This document shows positions 12,830-25,150 of a DNA stretch of 64,000 nucleotides, piece by piece (positions within the stretch are counted from its first letter, which is position 1; the number at the start of each line of letters is the position of its first letter). A program made the translations under genes and the position numbers. The stretch is taken from NCBI RefSeq assembly GCF_018977255.1, contig NW_024704742.1, positions 54,190,001-54,254,000 of the forward strand. Direction: 5' to 3'. Origin of the DNA: Callorhinchus milii. Its lineage: Eukaryota. The notes under the pieces were generated by a model. The model was not told the DNA's origin and did no database searches. It worked only from the letters and a program-made list of their open reading frames with translations.

Positions 12830-13346
12830 TGCCCGCCTCCACCAACACTCTGCTCACCAGACTCTACAGCTCATACCCTTTCCCGGACCAGGCTCCTCAA
12901 GCCTTTCATCCCCATCCTTGCCCAGTTCCATTGATTCTCCATCCTCAGTGGATTGCACTGAGTACAACATCCTCATTTGCACCTTTAATTCCCTTCCTAG
13001 TCTCGCCACACCTTACCTCTGTGACCTCCTCAAACCCTACTGACCCAAGCAGTCCCCTCGCTCAGTAGCAGCTGGCCTGCTTCATGACCCCCGCCACACA
13101 ATTGATGAACAGGTTTTCAGCCTATCTGCTCCCACCATCCTGGAATCCCTCCGACTCGCTCCATCTCTCTCACCAAATTCAAGGTACATCTCAAGACCTA
13201 CCCCTTTGTGCTTTCGGCCATCTCTTCCCTCCCACCACCACCCAGCTCCCACTCCCAGCTCTGGTGCCAAGCCATATTGTTAAGCTCCTTGGCATGTCCT
13301 CCCAATGTGAAAGGCTCTACATAACTATAAATTTGTATTGTATTGT
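12830..13346 (+). mobile_element. Degraded L2 LINE 3' fragment
   Basis: Similar to 35145-35570 and ends ctccttggcatgtcctcccaatgtgaaaggctctacataactataaatttgtattgtattg. Confidence 0.75.
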
Positions 13347-13372
13347 ACGTTTTCAAGATATTTTCCGAAATA

Positions 13373-14165
13373 CAGTCAAACCTGTTTTCAGCAAACGCTC
13401 AGGGGACTGGACCAAACTGGCTTTATGCAAGGGTGGCCTCTGAGTAAGGATTCATTGGTGTGCAGAATTTCTAAGTATATCAGTGTATAGAAAACAGTGC
13501 ACATTCAAACCCATAAATCAAACTCGCAGGGCGAAACATTGGGCAAGTTTCCTTACTCCACACACATGCCTCTGTTTATCTAGCAGTAAGTAGGAACTCA
13601 GTTGTTAGTCAATTGGCGGATTGCATTTCTGGTGGTAATAATTCCTTCAAAAAAAANTAATTTGGTCATTCAATCCACAACTGTTTGTGGGACACTGCTG
13701 TGCGCAATTGGCTGCCGTTTTCTCTCACAAAATATACAGTCAATTCACTTTACAGTATATTTTGTGAAGCGCTATGAGACTTCTCGATGACATGATAAGG
13801 CGCTATATCAAACTCAAGGATTATTATTATTGTTATAGTTTTAATAAAGTAATAAATCAATTACAAAATGCACATTATTGCTGTGTACAGGAGCCAAAAT
13901 TTTCCACAGGCTGAAGTGTAGAATTTCGCTAGACTCTTAGCGTGTGCCAGCGCTGTGGTGAGCAGCCTATTGGACAGGATCTGGTAGTTGAAGAGGATGT
14001 CAGTACACAGCCAGCAGTAAAAAAAGAGTGGCCACTGGTTGCATTAGACAGGTGGTTTGTGAATAGATATGGTTTATTATGGAAAATTAGTCTGGGCTGT
14101 TCCAACATGGTTGTTGACCGCAGGTAGTTACTGGATAGAGGTGATTGTTTTAACAGGTTTGAAGG
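13373..14165. mobile_element. Tigger/pogo-like non-autonomous DNA transposon containing a nested SINE
   Basis: TA|CAGTCAAACCTGTT ... AACAGGTTTGAAGG|TA: terminal inverted repeats with TA on both sides. Confidence 0.7.
13526..13831 (+). mobile_element. 5'-truncated tRNA-Ala/Deu SINE, long form
   Basis: Starts after the B box and has the long internal segment, Deu core and tail. Contains the single N of the window. Confidence 0.85.
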
Positions 14166-14352
14166 TAATTCTTTTCCTTTGTATTTGGTATAGATTGTAG
14201 TATAGCACAATATTTGGAGAAAGCTTATCACAAAAATAAATCCCTGTGAGTTTTAATGTGTGGGAATAGAGTGGTATTTGGAATAATGCACATTTAGTAA
14301 TTTGATCAGTAAATTGACTCATGCGACTCCTAGATTGGAGCAGAGACCTCTG

Positions 14353-14427
14353 AAAATAATCACCTGACATCTGTGTCTGCCAGAGGTTTGTAGACTCTGG
14401 TAGACACAGATGTCAGGTGATTTTTTT
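14353..14427. repeat. Near-perfect palindrome with 28-bp arms and a 9-nt loop
   Basis: 14358-14385 aatcacctgacatctgtgtctgccagag versus 14395-14422 ctctggtagacacagatgtcaggtgatt: 27 of 28 Watson-Crick pairs plus one G-T. Confidence 0.9.
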
Positions 14428-15802
14428 GATCTTTGTAACATGTACCCCTCTTGAGGTGAGTGGAGATAAACTTTATAACTACAATTGCACATTTTTGGCA
14501 TGTATTATAAATATGCTGGAGTACTTTTATAAAGATCTTGTATGCATCATGGGTTTTTATTCTTAATCATGTTGGCTCTTTTGAAATAAAAAACTATTTG
14601 TTGATAGAGTGGATAGGTAGATCTCTGCGGATTTTGTGGCTTTACTTTTTGGCAACTATCCACTAGATGGTGCATGAGAGCATATGGATTTCGGTCACCC
14701 TTGGGGTTTCATTGCCCATCTGCAAAGAAACTGTTCACCTGTGCTCAGTCACTTGAGAGCTCACAACCTGACTGAGATTGTAATCATATTGTATAGGAAA
14801 TGACTTGTGCAAACTGTCATGTTATTACACTGTGCATTAAAGCACTAATTGGTTACTTGGATAATTTATAACACATGTATTATTAGCTGCATCATGCCTG
14901 GAAAGTCAATTCTAATCATCCAGCTTCATAACACATTTTGTGCGATTCCGAAAACATCACCCTTGCATCAGTCCTCACTACCTCTTGCGACCAAAAGCAT
15001 TCCATGAGAATTGTTTTTATAATTTACATATCAATTATAATTCGATCTCTTGTCAGTTTGAGAATAACCTTCAGAGTGATATTAGTCTACTCCATTGGCA
15101 ACATAAGCATAAAATGTCAACCCTCTTTAAGAGAACGGCATTTAAGAGAATCTCCCATTAACATTTAAGGAACTATTTCCTGTTAAGTATTTAGTGGTAC
15201 AATCAGGATCATTTTTATGATCCTGAAATTGACTCCTAAAGAATTTCTGTACTGTACATCTTTTAAAAGTGTGTTAATATTATTCTCTAGGGCGACCGAA
15301 TCATTTCAGTGCAATTTTTAAATTATTGCCATTTTCCAGTTTATTAAAACTGCATAGTGCATAAAAATAATGAAGAATGGACAGTGAGTAATGTGGCTGC
15401 ATTTAAATCTCAAGTTCAAATGACATTCAGAAAACAATCGAGATTCAATCTCATCTTTCATTCCATCATCTGAACCCCTTGGTTAAATTACAGTTTTATT
15501 AGTCCCTCCTAAAGAACCATAATTCGAACTGTAATTTTCATTCAAGTGTACAGACTTGCAGTCTTAACACACTTCTGCAGCACTTCAATTTTCTCCTTGT
15601 AACCTTTGGAAATGCTAATCCATTCATTGTGCATCTCAGTGATTCAGTTTAAGACCTTATTATTCAGTGCCTACTACAGTCCAGCCAGTAAATTGTTACT
15701 TTCTGAGCTCCTTGAATTGCTCTAAAATTCCCAAATATTAAAAATGTAAAGCAGTAATTTCCACATAAGAATTTTTAAAATATTCTGAAGCAGACTATAT
15801 TT

Positions 15803-16240
15803 AGAGTTCAAAATCCTTGTCCTCGCCTAAAGTTCAAAATTATCATCCTCGCCTTCAAAGCCTTCCACGGCTTTGCTCCTTCCTACTTCTGTGACTTGCT
15901 AACACCATATCAACCTGTCTGCTCCCTCAGCTCAGGAGGCTCCAGCCTGCTCCACGTCCCCCGTCCAACTCGCCCCACCATCGGCGGTCGGGCCATCACC
16001 TTTCTGCCCCCATTCTTTGGAACTCCATCCCGCAGTCGCTTCACCACACTCCCTCCTTTACCTCCTTCAAGTCATGACTTAAGACCCTCCTCTTCGTGTG
16101 TGCCTTTGGCCACCCTCCTATTCTCCCTGCCCTCCACCCTCCCTGATCCCAATGACCAATGCTTGGGTCCAAATCCCTGACTATCCAGCACCTTGGGACA
16201 TCCTGCTGACATGAAAGGTGTTTTACAAATGTAATTTGTG
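15803..16240 (+). mobile_element. L2 LINE 3' fragment
   Basis: FKIIILAFKAFHGFAPSYFCDLLTPYQP-like ORF2 end followed by the L2 tail. Confidence 0.85.
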
Positions 16241-17049
16241 GTGGCTATTGGCCTCTTAAAATATCTCAGATATGCATAGTGAAGTGTAGCCAGTCAGTTA
16301 CTAAAGAGGATTGATGTACAGTTTGAACTCCAAAACTGCTATGGGAGTGACATTATTAATGCTGAAAAGTGATTTAAGGTGTCAGGAAAGGAAAAGATTT
16401 TTATAATAATAATAATCCCTACATTTGTTACAGCGCCTTTCACTTGGAGAGGATATCTCAAAGAAGGTGTTTTCTCCTGATGTTCCAGTCAACAATCCAT
16501 CAAATAAAATTGGCCATTCACTTTATGGCTATTTGTGGGACATTCCTGTGTACAAATTGGATGCCAAATTCACCTATAAAAAAACTCGAAGCATCGAGTA
16601 CAAAGGCAATGAAGTTCACCTAAAATGACTATTCTGTTTGTACTCATAATATTGCATGTTACTGAATGAAGGTTTAGTGGGGTATTAGTCATTTCATCTC
16701 TTCCTAACATTCAGCTTTGAATAGCTTTCACAACAATTTCTGATAGATTCAATCAAAATATTAGTTGCCAATTCTTGTCTTGTCGTGAAATCTGCTACAT
16801 TGTGAAACATAATTGTTCTAACAGAATAGAATATTGCTCTGTTACCTTGGGGTCATCTTTGGTGTTCTCAGATAGAGCAGCAGTTAGGCTTGAATTGTGG
16901 AAGAATTTTTTGTTTCATTTCAGATCTCCCAGGGGATACTGAAGTTTACTTCTTTTTAAAGAAAAACTTACCAGTTCCCTCTCCCCAATGCCCCAAACAG
17001 ATAGAGGTTGTACAGACACCTGCCTCTTAAGCCTCTGTCAGAAAGAACG

Positions 17050-17400
17050 AGTCAATGGATTCATAAGCAATTGGTCAAGATTGAAGCTTTGAAAAGAGAC
17101 TTATTAGACCCAAGGTACATAAAATACTAACAGAATAAAGAAAGTAAATCTGGAAAAATATTTTCAGGCTTATGCAGAAAGCATGACAAGAAGGCACAAG
17201 TTGGAGGATGTGAAGGGCAAGTTTACAAAGCCTTATGCGGGTCTAGAAATTGGATGTATAAAAATCCTCAGTGTATTCGATGTGTGGAAGAGACTCCCCA
17301 CACAATCAGTTGATATTGTGCCAATTAACTCCATGGGGAAAAAAAACCTGGATGAGTAGTTCTTTTGATAATAGTGTTGGAGGATAAAGACAAATGACTA
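17050..17400 (+). mobile_element. Highly degraded CR1-like ORF2 3' fragment
   Basis: Remnant motifs similar to TRGHKLK and RVVSVWNRLP (acaagaaggcacaagttgg, gtgtggaagagactcc). Confidence 0.4.
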
Positions 17401-18779
17401 AATCTAAGGCAGTCGTCTGGGTTCCAGTATCTCAGGGGCTCCCTTCACACTGTTATGTCAGCAATACCTTCAGCACATCTTGTGGACGCACACAGTAAAT
17501 TACACTAGTGGAAACCGGATGAGCTGGAAAACAGCCATTTTTAGTGCGGGGTGCTGGCTGTTCAGAGCCGGTTTTGGCGTAGCAGGTCCACAGTAGACCC
17601 GTGCACTAAGCAAATCCACTCAGAATTGGGCTCATTCTGACAATGCTGCTCTGTACTCAGAACTCAGTGATTTCAGCAGTGATATTGTTGTTTACGGAGG
17701 GAAGTAGATCTGGTTTAAACAGTGGAAATGTAGGGAAAGATAAATATGCCATGGTTACCTAACCCTAACCTTTGCTGATCATTCAGAATTTTCCATGGGA
17801 AATAATTTTCTTGGATGTGAAGTTCACAATAGGGTAGGTTCTATGTCGTCTATGGAGGACATTGGCTTCTTTGGATAAATGCCTTTATTGTTCCATTAAC
17901 AGATGGCAGAATATTTACGGGAACAGCTAAAGATTATTTCCCAGTTATCCATTTGTTCTCTGTTTCTTCCCTTCTAGGCATCTCTTCAGAACTTGTTCCT
18001 GAAAGTGCTATGGGTATAATTGGGAGTAATTGGTATCAGTGATTAAACTATATTTCCAGGTGATTTATGTTATCCAGTCTCCTAACACTTAACTAGATGT
18101 CAAGATGAGAATAAACCTCTACCCCATGATATCTATTTAATTTCTCTTGTTTTTGACAAGGAGAGGCTGACTGTTTGAGGTTCGGCCAGTCCATGTGGAA
18201 ATGCTTCAAACATTATCTACAGCCTCTTTTAATCCTTACACTGCCAGAACCTAGCAGGCATGTCTTACATGTAGTTCTATGCCCTTTAGCATTTTGCTGT
18301 GCAGAAACCTTGTGTTCCCTTTTGAAATAGTAATTGCAGGAACACAGCCTTAACTGCACTGGGTAGCAATGCCTTCCACATATGCTCTCATCCACAGGGA
18401 AACATTCTTCCCCAACTCATGCTTAGTTTAGTGTTTTATAATTCTGAACTATTGTTCTTAGTTCCATTTGTAAAGTTTTATATAAAGTGATCTCTCTCTG
18501 CTGAGTGGTAATACATTGCACCTGGGTTGGAGCCCTGAATGATGACAGTAAATCAAATGTTTTGTGTGTCTCAGCCACTGATGCTGGTTACATTGATCAG
18601 CTCATTCTTTGCTGTTCCTTGGTTGCGTTATCTGGAATATATTTGTTCACCGTTTCTGGTAAACTATTGGCATTTAATGGATTTGCAAGAAAATAAAAGG
18701 GAACGATCACTGCATTGATGTTTATGTAGCCTCATAGGCCCAAGATCCAGGTAGAAACCACAGCTGGTACTTACAAATT

Positions 18780-19340
18780 AACTGGAGATATCAAGACCCA
18801 GATGAGCTCTAACTTTCTTTAGTTGAATGTCAACAAGAGACCATGGCATTTCCTGCTTGTCTCATGACCATGTCTTTTCTCCTCAAGTGCTGAAAACATT
18901 ACCTCCATGCTCGCTTATCACTACCATCTACCCAACTCCTAATGGATCTAATTTAAGATCCTTATTATTGCTTTAAGATCCCTCCACTCCTTGTCCCATC
19001 CTACCACAAAAACATCCCACCATCCTATTGCACCAATCGTTCTCGCCACTCAAATAACACCAGTCTGCTTCCTGTCCCATCCATCTCACCACCAATGAAC
19101 AAGATTTCAGCCATTCTGCCCCTGCTCTCTAAAACTCCATCCAAGATTCACTTCATCTTGCCCTCCTTCACCATCGTCAGAGCCTGCTTTAAGTTCAATC
19201 TTTTCATCCATACTTTCCCTTACTCGCCTTTCCCTTACTCCCATCCTCAGTTCCTTTTTCCAGCTCAGGCGACCAATCAGTTTTTGTGAATTACTTTGGT
19301 ACTTCCTAAGTAATTCACAAAAAAGTGTCATATATATGTA
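18780..19340 (+). mobile_element. Old degraded L2 fragment
   Basis: tttaagatccttattattgctttaagatccctccac resembles FKILLLTFKSLH, with a C-rich 3' UTR-like region after it. Confidence 0.55.
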
Positions 19341-19437
19341 AGTAGTTGTTTTTGAAGACCATTGGATTCAGAGGCCATGCATGATGAGAGAGTGCTGCAA
19401 ACATGCAGATGGTCTGTGAATACAATATTACCATACT

Positions 19438-20042
19438 GTGAAAGCATTGAAGTTTTCTGCCATAGGATCTATTTCTGAGTTGCATTGACCAAGTGATAGG
19501 GGCTATGTTTTAACTTTTATGTAAGATGTGGGTTCTTCATTCACTTCAAGAGTAACACACAGAGGCACTGAAACAGCTAATAGGATTTAGACCAAATTTC
19601 AGGTCTGGTCTAAATTGTCAAGGGATTGATTGGTTGTTATGATATACTAATCAGAAAGTCATTCACTCCTTAAGTGTTAAAATGACCTACAACTATCACA
19701 AGAGAATAATTAATGTGGATACCAAATATCAAGAACAATTTAGGATTAGTACATCTAAGATCCTCAAGTGCATCATAATTATTTGAAAGTTCAGATTGGT
19801 TGGATTGATGGTCTTTTGGGAGCTGGCAAATGAATGCCCTTTTGTACTGGCTCATAACTCCTCTCTGATTGTCATCTTCCCTGTAGAAATCTATTCCACC
19901 AAGGCTTTCACATATGTTGAAGATAATTTTGGTATTGTTATACAGTGTTTCACACTACTTAATTGAACTGGAAAAAATGGAATATGCAGCAGAGAAGTTG
20001 CACAAAATTGTAAAATGCTGCACATTACATAATGATGCCATT
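19438..20042 (+). pseudogene. Fossil PIF/Harbinger (HARBI1-like DDE) transposase
   Basis: Motifs in the correct order across frameshifts and stops: VKALKFSAIGS (19438), VKGLIGC, YTNQKVIHSLSVKMTYNYHKRIINVDTKY (19643-19729), GLLG and LLYWLITPL (to 19865), VEDNFGIVIQCFTLL (19916-19960), MEYAAEKLHKIVKCCTLHN (19977-20033). Confidence 0.8.
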
Positions 20043-22218
20043 GCTCCTGACTGCTTAGGAATGATACAGAGGGGCAGATACCTACTCTTTGATTGTCTGA
20101 AGACCAGTCAGCCCTGCAGCATATGTGGAGATCTGAGCAGTCTCTGATAGCCAGCGCTGAAATCCACTGCTGCAAACATTCCTGTCACATTGGTTGTCAC
20201 AGAGTTGTTGGTACTCAAGGCGGATTCTATCTCAGTTGCATTTGAGGCACAATAATCGGTTGTGTGGCAATCGTGCCCCTGAGCCTCTTGGAGATGGCTG
20301 TTATTGCCTACAAAACTCATCCTTTCCATCCACCATCAGTTGGCAGCCAGCTTATGCATTTGTGCCATCATCCAGAAGCAGGTGAATGGCTGAGGGAGTT
20401 CAGAATATTGTGGCGTGCAGCGCAGATTTATGATTTTCACTGTCTTTATGCTGCAGAGTACCATGCCAGAGACCTAGGCAATTAAAATCATTGTTTAATC
20501 AGCCAAAGAAATCAAACCTTCCAACCTCTTTTATTTGTTGAACTGCAGCTACCTGTGTGCACAATCCTATGGTTTATCCAACAATCCCTGCTCCCAACCT
20601 AAACCATGTTCTCTTCAGCATAATGCCAATAGCATTCCATGTGCAGGAACTGGACTGTGCATTACACCTGACTTTGTACTCATCATTTTTACATGAATAT
20701 CTCCACACTCTCCTAGTGTTGCACAAGTTATTTTGTAATATTGTATCACCCTGTAGTACAGGTGGGATATCCTCCCAGGATTGGGGTAGCCTTTGGGAGA
20801 TTTTGCAGCTGAGACATTAAGAAACTCCAAGGCCCTTTACCAAATAACAATTCTATTTTATAAAGGTTTAGAATTTTGCTGACACTGAGAGCTGCAATCA
20901 GTTCTGAGTATCATTCATATCTTTTAGTTTATTTCTATTTCCTTTTTAAGACGATTTTGATTCAAGCATTACATGCAGATGATAGCCTTATTTGAAGAGC
21001 TTGGGGGAATTACAAGGAACTAAGTTCAAGGGAGAATCCATGTTCCTTACTTAAGTGACAAACAGCATTTCACCAATATTTAATTCATTTTATACATTCA
21101 TTTTTAGAATATAATTGCTGTTGGCATTTTAAACCAGCTGTATGTGCATAAATGTCAGTGGTTTAATGTGATCCACTGCCCCCACCCTCACCATAAATGA
21201 GCTGTTTCTACAGCAACAGAAGTTGCAGCCAGTATCTGCAAATGTAAATTTAGCCACTTTTAACATCATCTCTTCACTGAATTGGGATACTAACGTGCAT
21301 CAGAACTCCAAGACTCCACAGTCAATTCAGCTGGCACAAATAATGTGTCATGATCTAGTAACAGGTGGCTTCTGAAGTCCACTCCAATGCAGAAAATTAT
21401 TGTTTTCAATAAGTGCAAACTGCCATGAAATTTGTTTTGCTGTGCCAATGAAATGATGAAAATAAATTAGTTCCAGGAGCAAAAGAGTGGATGAATATTA
21501 TGTGTATTAAATAGAGGTTTGTTGGAAACACTATCATTAACCTGAGGTGCTTCAGCCTCAACTTTGCATGTTTAACAGAACCTCCAGGCTTCAAGTAACT
21601 TCTATTCAATACACAAAACACTTTGCTAATATCTAGCTTCTAGCATCAATTCATATTTTAAACAATTTTATGCTGCTTTGTATCAATTATGCCTCTTTTG
21701 CATTTCATTTTCATACCACTTTGGAGGAAGTATTGCCAAATACAACATAAGCAAAAGGTTCAGATGAAGAAGATTCTTTGGCCCATCTGATCGCATCCTT
21801 CCAGAATATCTATGTTATCGTCATTCTATTTGAATGGAAGGTGGCATACATATATGCAGCTTTGTCTGGTTTTAATACTCTTAAACACGGTGATGGGGTT
21901 CCTCATTTGTCTGACACTCGATTGATCAAAAAAAATGACTATGCCTGGAAAGACCACTTTCTGCATTTCTACGTTGTAGCCATTGTTTCATTGAGCAATT
22001 TGGACTCTGATAATTGGGTTCCTTAAATAATTTTTAATGCATTGAGACATTGGAAAGGATTCAAAGAAGTATTATTTTTATTTAGCAGATGTCTAAAGAC
22101 ATTGGCAAATTGGAGGGGTTAAACTGAAATGCAACAAAATCATTTGTTAGACAAAAAAAACTTCATATACTGGCTTTGAAATTGATTCTGTTATGAATCT
22201 GCCCGGAATCTCACCACT

Positions 22219-22400
22219 AAAATAATAATAATAATAATGGTTGCATTTGATTTAGCACCTTATCACGTCTTTGAGACATCTCAAAGTGCTTCACAGGATT
22301 CACCTTAAAGTGTAGTGACTGTTGATTTGTGGGCAAATGCGGCAGCCAATTGTGCACAGCAATGTCCCCACACACAATTATTATTTTTTGAGGGGGATGA
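22219..22400 (-). mobile_element. Deu SINE 3' half
   Basis: (TTA)n tail, stem-loop and Deu core on the minus strand. Confidence 0.75.
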
Positions 22401-22570
22401 TAAATTGTTGATTTAGCTGCTGTGCAATTCCAGCAATTTTTATTTCAGACTTCCAAGACAAATATTTTGTTGTATCTGCTGTTTTAATATCCCTAGCTGA
22501 TCCATTGATGTGCATTCCATGCAAATCACTCTCAATGTAATCTATAAGGAAATAAGAAGAGAAGATCTGT

Positions 22571-22891
22571 GGATTCCTGTACCTCAGTGGTTAGAGCACT
22601 CACTTTGCAAGTGAGAGACCTGAGTTCAATTCCAGGCAGGGCAAAACCTTGGGCAAGTTTCCTTACTCCACACAGAGCCTAATAATAATCCCTCCAAAAT
22701 CAAAAACAATAATAAATTGGTAATTTTCAATCTACGACTGTTTGTGGGACATTGCTGTGCGCAATTGGCTGCCATGTTCGCCCACAAATATACAGTCAAT
22801 TCACTTCACAGTCTATTCTGTGAAGCGCTTTGGGACGTCCTCCCGACGTGAAAAGCGCTATATCAAATGCAACGATTATTATTATTATTAT
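22571..22891 (+). mobile_element. Full-length tRNA-Ala/Deu SINE, short form with L2-identical tail loop
   Basis: Tail gggacgtcctcccgacgtgaaaagcgc; close to 25151-25470. Confidence 0.9.
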
Positions 22892-23527
22892 GATTATCTA
22901 TTGGGTTACTTCGGCCAACACACCGTGTACAATTTCCATCCACCACTTGTACTTTCATTAACTCCATTAATTGCCTGAAGATGAATTGCCAGACTTAAAA
23001 CTAACAAGAAGATAAAAATCAGTGAGATTTTCTCTGTCTCTTGCTATCAAAGGCAATAAGAGAGGGCACTATAATAACAACCCTGCATTAAAATCTACAT
23101 TATATATACCTCTGATTAGTGGATTTAACAGATGATATTTTTATTGTCCCAGATGGGCAGGAATCTTACCCTTCCTACGGAATATTTCATCATCTACATC
23201 TATAATTGCCCTTTTAACCTTAACTTCTGTTTCTAAACAGTTATTCCTCCAACTCCTTTATAAATGAGTTAATTGATAGAGAACTCACTCGTTTTGATGG
23301 AAGTTTATTCCTTTTATCTGCTTTTCATTGGGAGAAAAATCCAATTTCCCTTGGACTCTATTTTCCTGTGGCATACCTCAATCCGTGATGATTTTTTAAA
23401 AAAAAAGTAAGTTTCTTACATACAGAATTCTGAAGACCTCAATCATTTCCTCTTCTTACATTTTTTTCCCCCAGTAAAATAAAGCCTTCATTTGCAGTTT
23501 AGTTTGGCTGATTTCAGAATTATCAAC

Positions 23528-23667
23528 GACGTGATAAGGTGCTAAATCAAATGCAATCATTATTATTATTTTAGTGGTGAGATTCAGAGCAGATTCAATT
23601 TTGTTGCATTTTAGTTTAACCCCTCCAATCTGCCGATGACTTTAGACATCTGCTAAATAGAAATAAT
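23528..23667. repeat. Inverted copy of 22071-22269 lacking 22141-22193
   Basis: The reverse complement aligns through both non-SINE flank and SINE tail with few substitutions. Confidence 0.9.
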
Positions 23668-24237
23668 TCATAGAAGCTAAGTTCTTACATTTTGTTCGTA
23701 CATAAATATTAATGTACATTTGAAATAGCACCTTATAACCTCTTAATATTTCAGTCCAGTTTCAGGAAAATAACGGGCATTTAATAAGAATCAACTAAAT
23801 TTAATCACACAAATCATGGAAATGCGATTTACTTTATTGATTTGGTGGATTTTTTTACTTGAAGCGTTTCCATTTTCACCGCTTTGTATCTCTTTCTGAA
23901 AATGAAATGAGTTAGCTGTACCTCTGACATAATTTAGCTGTCTGTGCAGTTTTTAGTACTGCTGTTAACATTTAGCTGTTAAGTTGAATTAAATTCAGAA
24001 AGAACGGCACAGATTATTAGTACAAAAAAAAGGGTATTGATTTAACATTTACAGTAAAAGGTGATTTATTTTTGAAAGTTTTTTTTAGCAGGGACAAGTT
24101 GGACCCAGCTAAGGTAAATACTTTGAACCATTTAGAAGAAACATGAACAGCAGTGCAGTCATGAATCCAAAGCAATTTTAGTAACTGAGCCAATCATTTT
24201 TACTTTAAACTAACTCCCCTCCGCTATCTTGGATCTG

Positions 24238-24866
24238 TAATAATAATAATCCTTGCATTTAGTATTGCGCCTTCCCACGTCGAACCATTTGACAGAATAT
24301 ATTTTGTAAAGCGGATTAACTGTATATTTTGTGGGCAAAATGTGGCATCCAATTACGCACAGCAGTGTCCACAAACAGTCATGGCGCAAACGTGTCACAC
24401 AACATTCCCGGCAAGGCAAAATGTTGGGCAAGTTTTCTTATTCCACACTCCTCTGTTTACCTGGCAGTAAGTACGAACCTGGTTGTTAGTTGATTGTAGG
24501 ATCGCATTTCCGGGGGAAGTAATACCTTAAAAAAAATTAGTTAATCAATCCCTGACTGTTTGTTTCACCCACAAAATATACAGTCCATTCACTTTACAGT
24601 ATATTCTGGGAAGTGCTTTGAGACGTCTCGAAGATGTGATAAGGCACTATATCAAATGCAATGATTATTATTATTATTAATTAACCAAATTTTTTTTTGA
24701 GGAACTATTACCCCAGAAAGCGATCCGCCAGTCGACAACAACTTTGTTCCTACTTATTCTAGGTAAACAGAGCCTTGTGGAGTAAGCAAACTTGCCTAAG
24801 GTTTCACCCCGCCCGGAAATCAAACACAGTAGGGCGAGCGCACTAACCACTATTCTATGGGACTCC
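24238..24866 (-). mobile_element. tRNA-Ala/Deu SINE (24238-24384 plus about 24678-24866) split by an oppositely oriented SINE (about 24404-24678, +)
   Basis: The minus-strand copy breaks at cagtcatgg and resumes at attaattaaccaaatt, contiguous in the family consensus. Confidence 0.75.
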
Positions 24867-25150
24867 ACATCTACTTGATATCTGCCCCCCCTCTAGCTCG
24901 CTATCAATCACTTCACCTCTGCAATCTGCAACTCCTCCAAAATCTGTTCATTTCCCTCCATCTCCACTTCCAAAACTCAACCCAAAATCTTTTTCCTTGG
25001 CTGCACCTTGGGCCAACTTTTCCCTCCTCCCGTCTCCCGATCTGCTCCCACTCCCACTCCATCTTCAAAAAGCATTTCAAGACATTCTCCTATGTGAAAG
25101 GTGGCCCTACCCATAAGGGCTTTTGCTTGCAGAGTTAACAGGAGCCAAGT

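Noticed and set aside
15203..15226. Perfect 10-bp hairpin tcaggatcat-tttt-atgatcctga, and a similar one near 19585-19615
   Set aside because: Short enough to arise by chance or local slippage in 64 kb, with no supporting context.
17470..17635. GC-richer patch ending agaattgggctc, resembling a Harbinger-type MITE end
   Set aside because: No matching opposite terminus found.
18530..18604. Possible C/D box snoRNA (ATGATGA with flanking ctga/tcag)
   Set aside because: The terminal D box reads TTGA and I recognise no rRNA guide. A similar case at 55450-55504 lacks a terminal stem.
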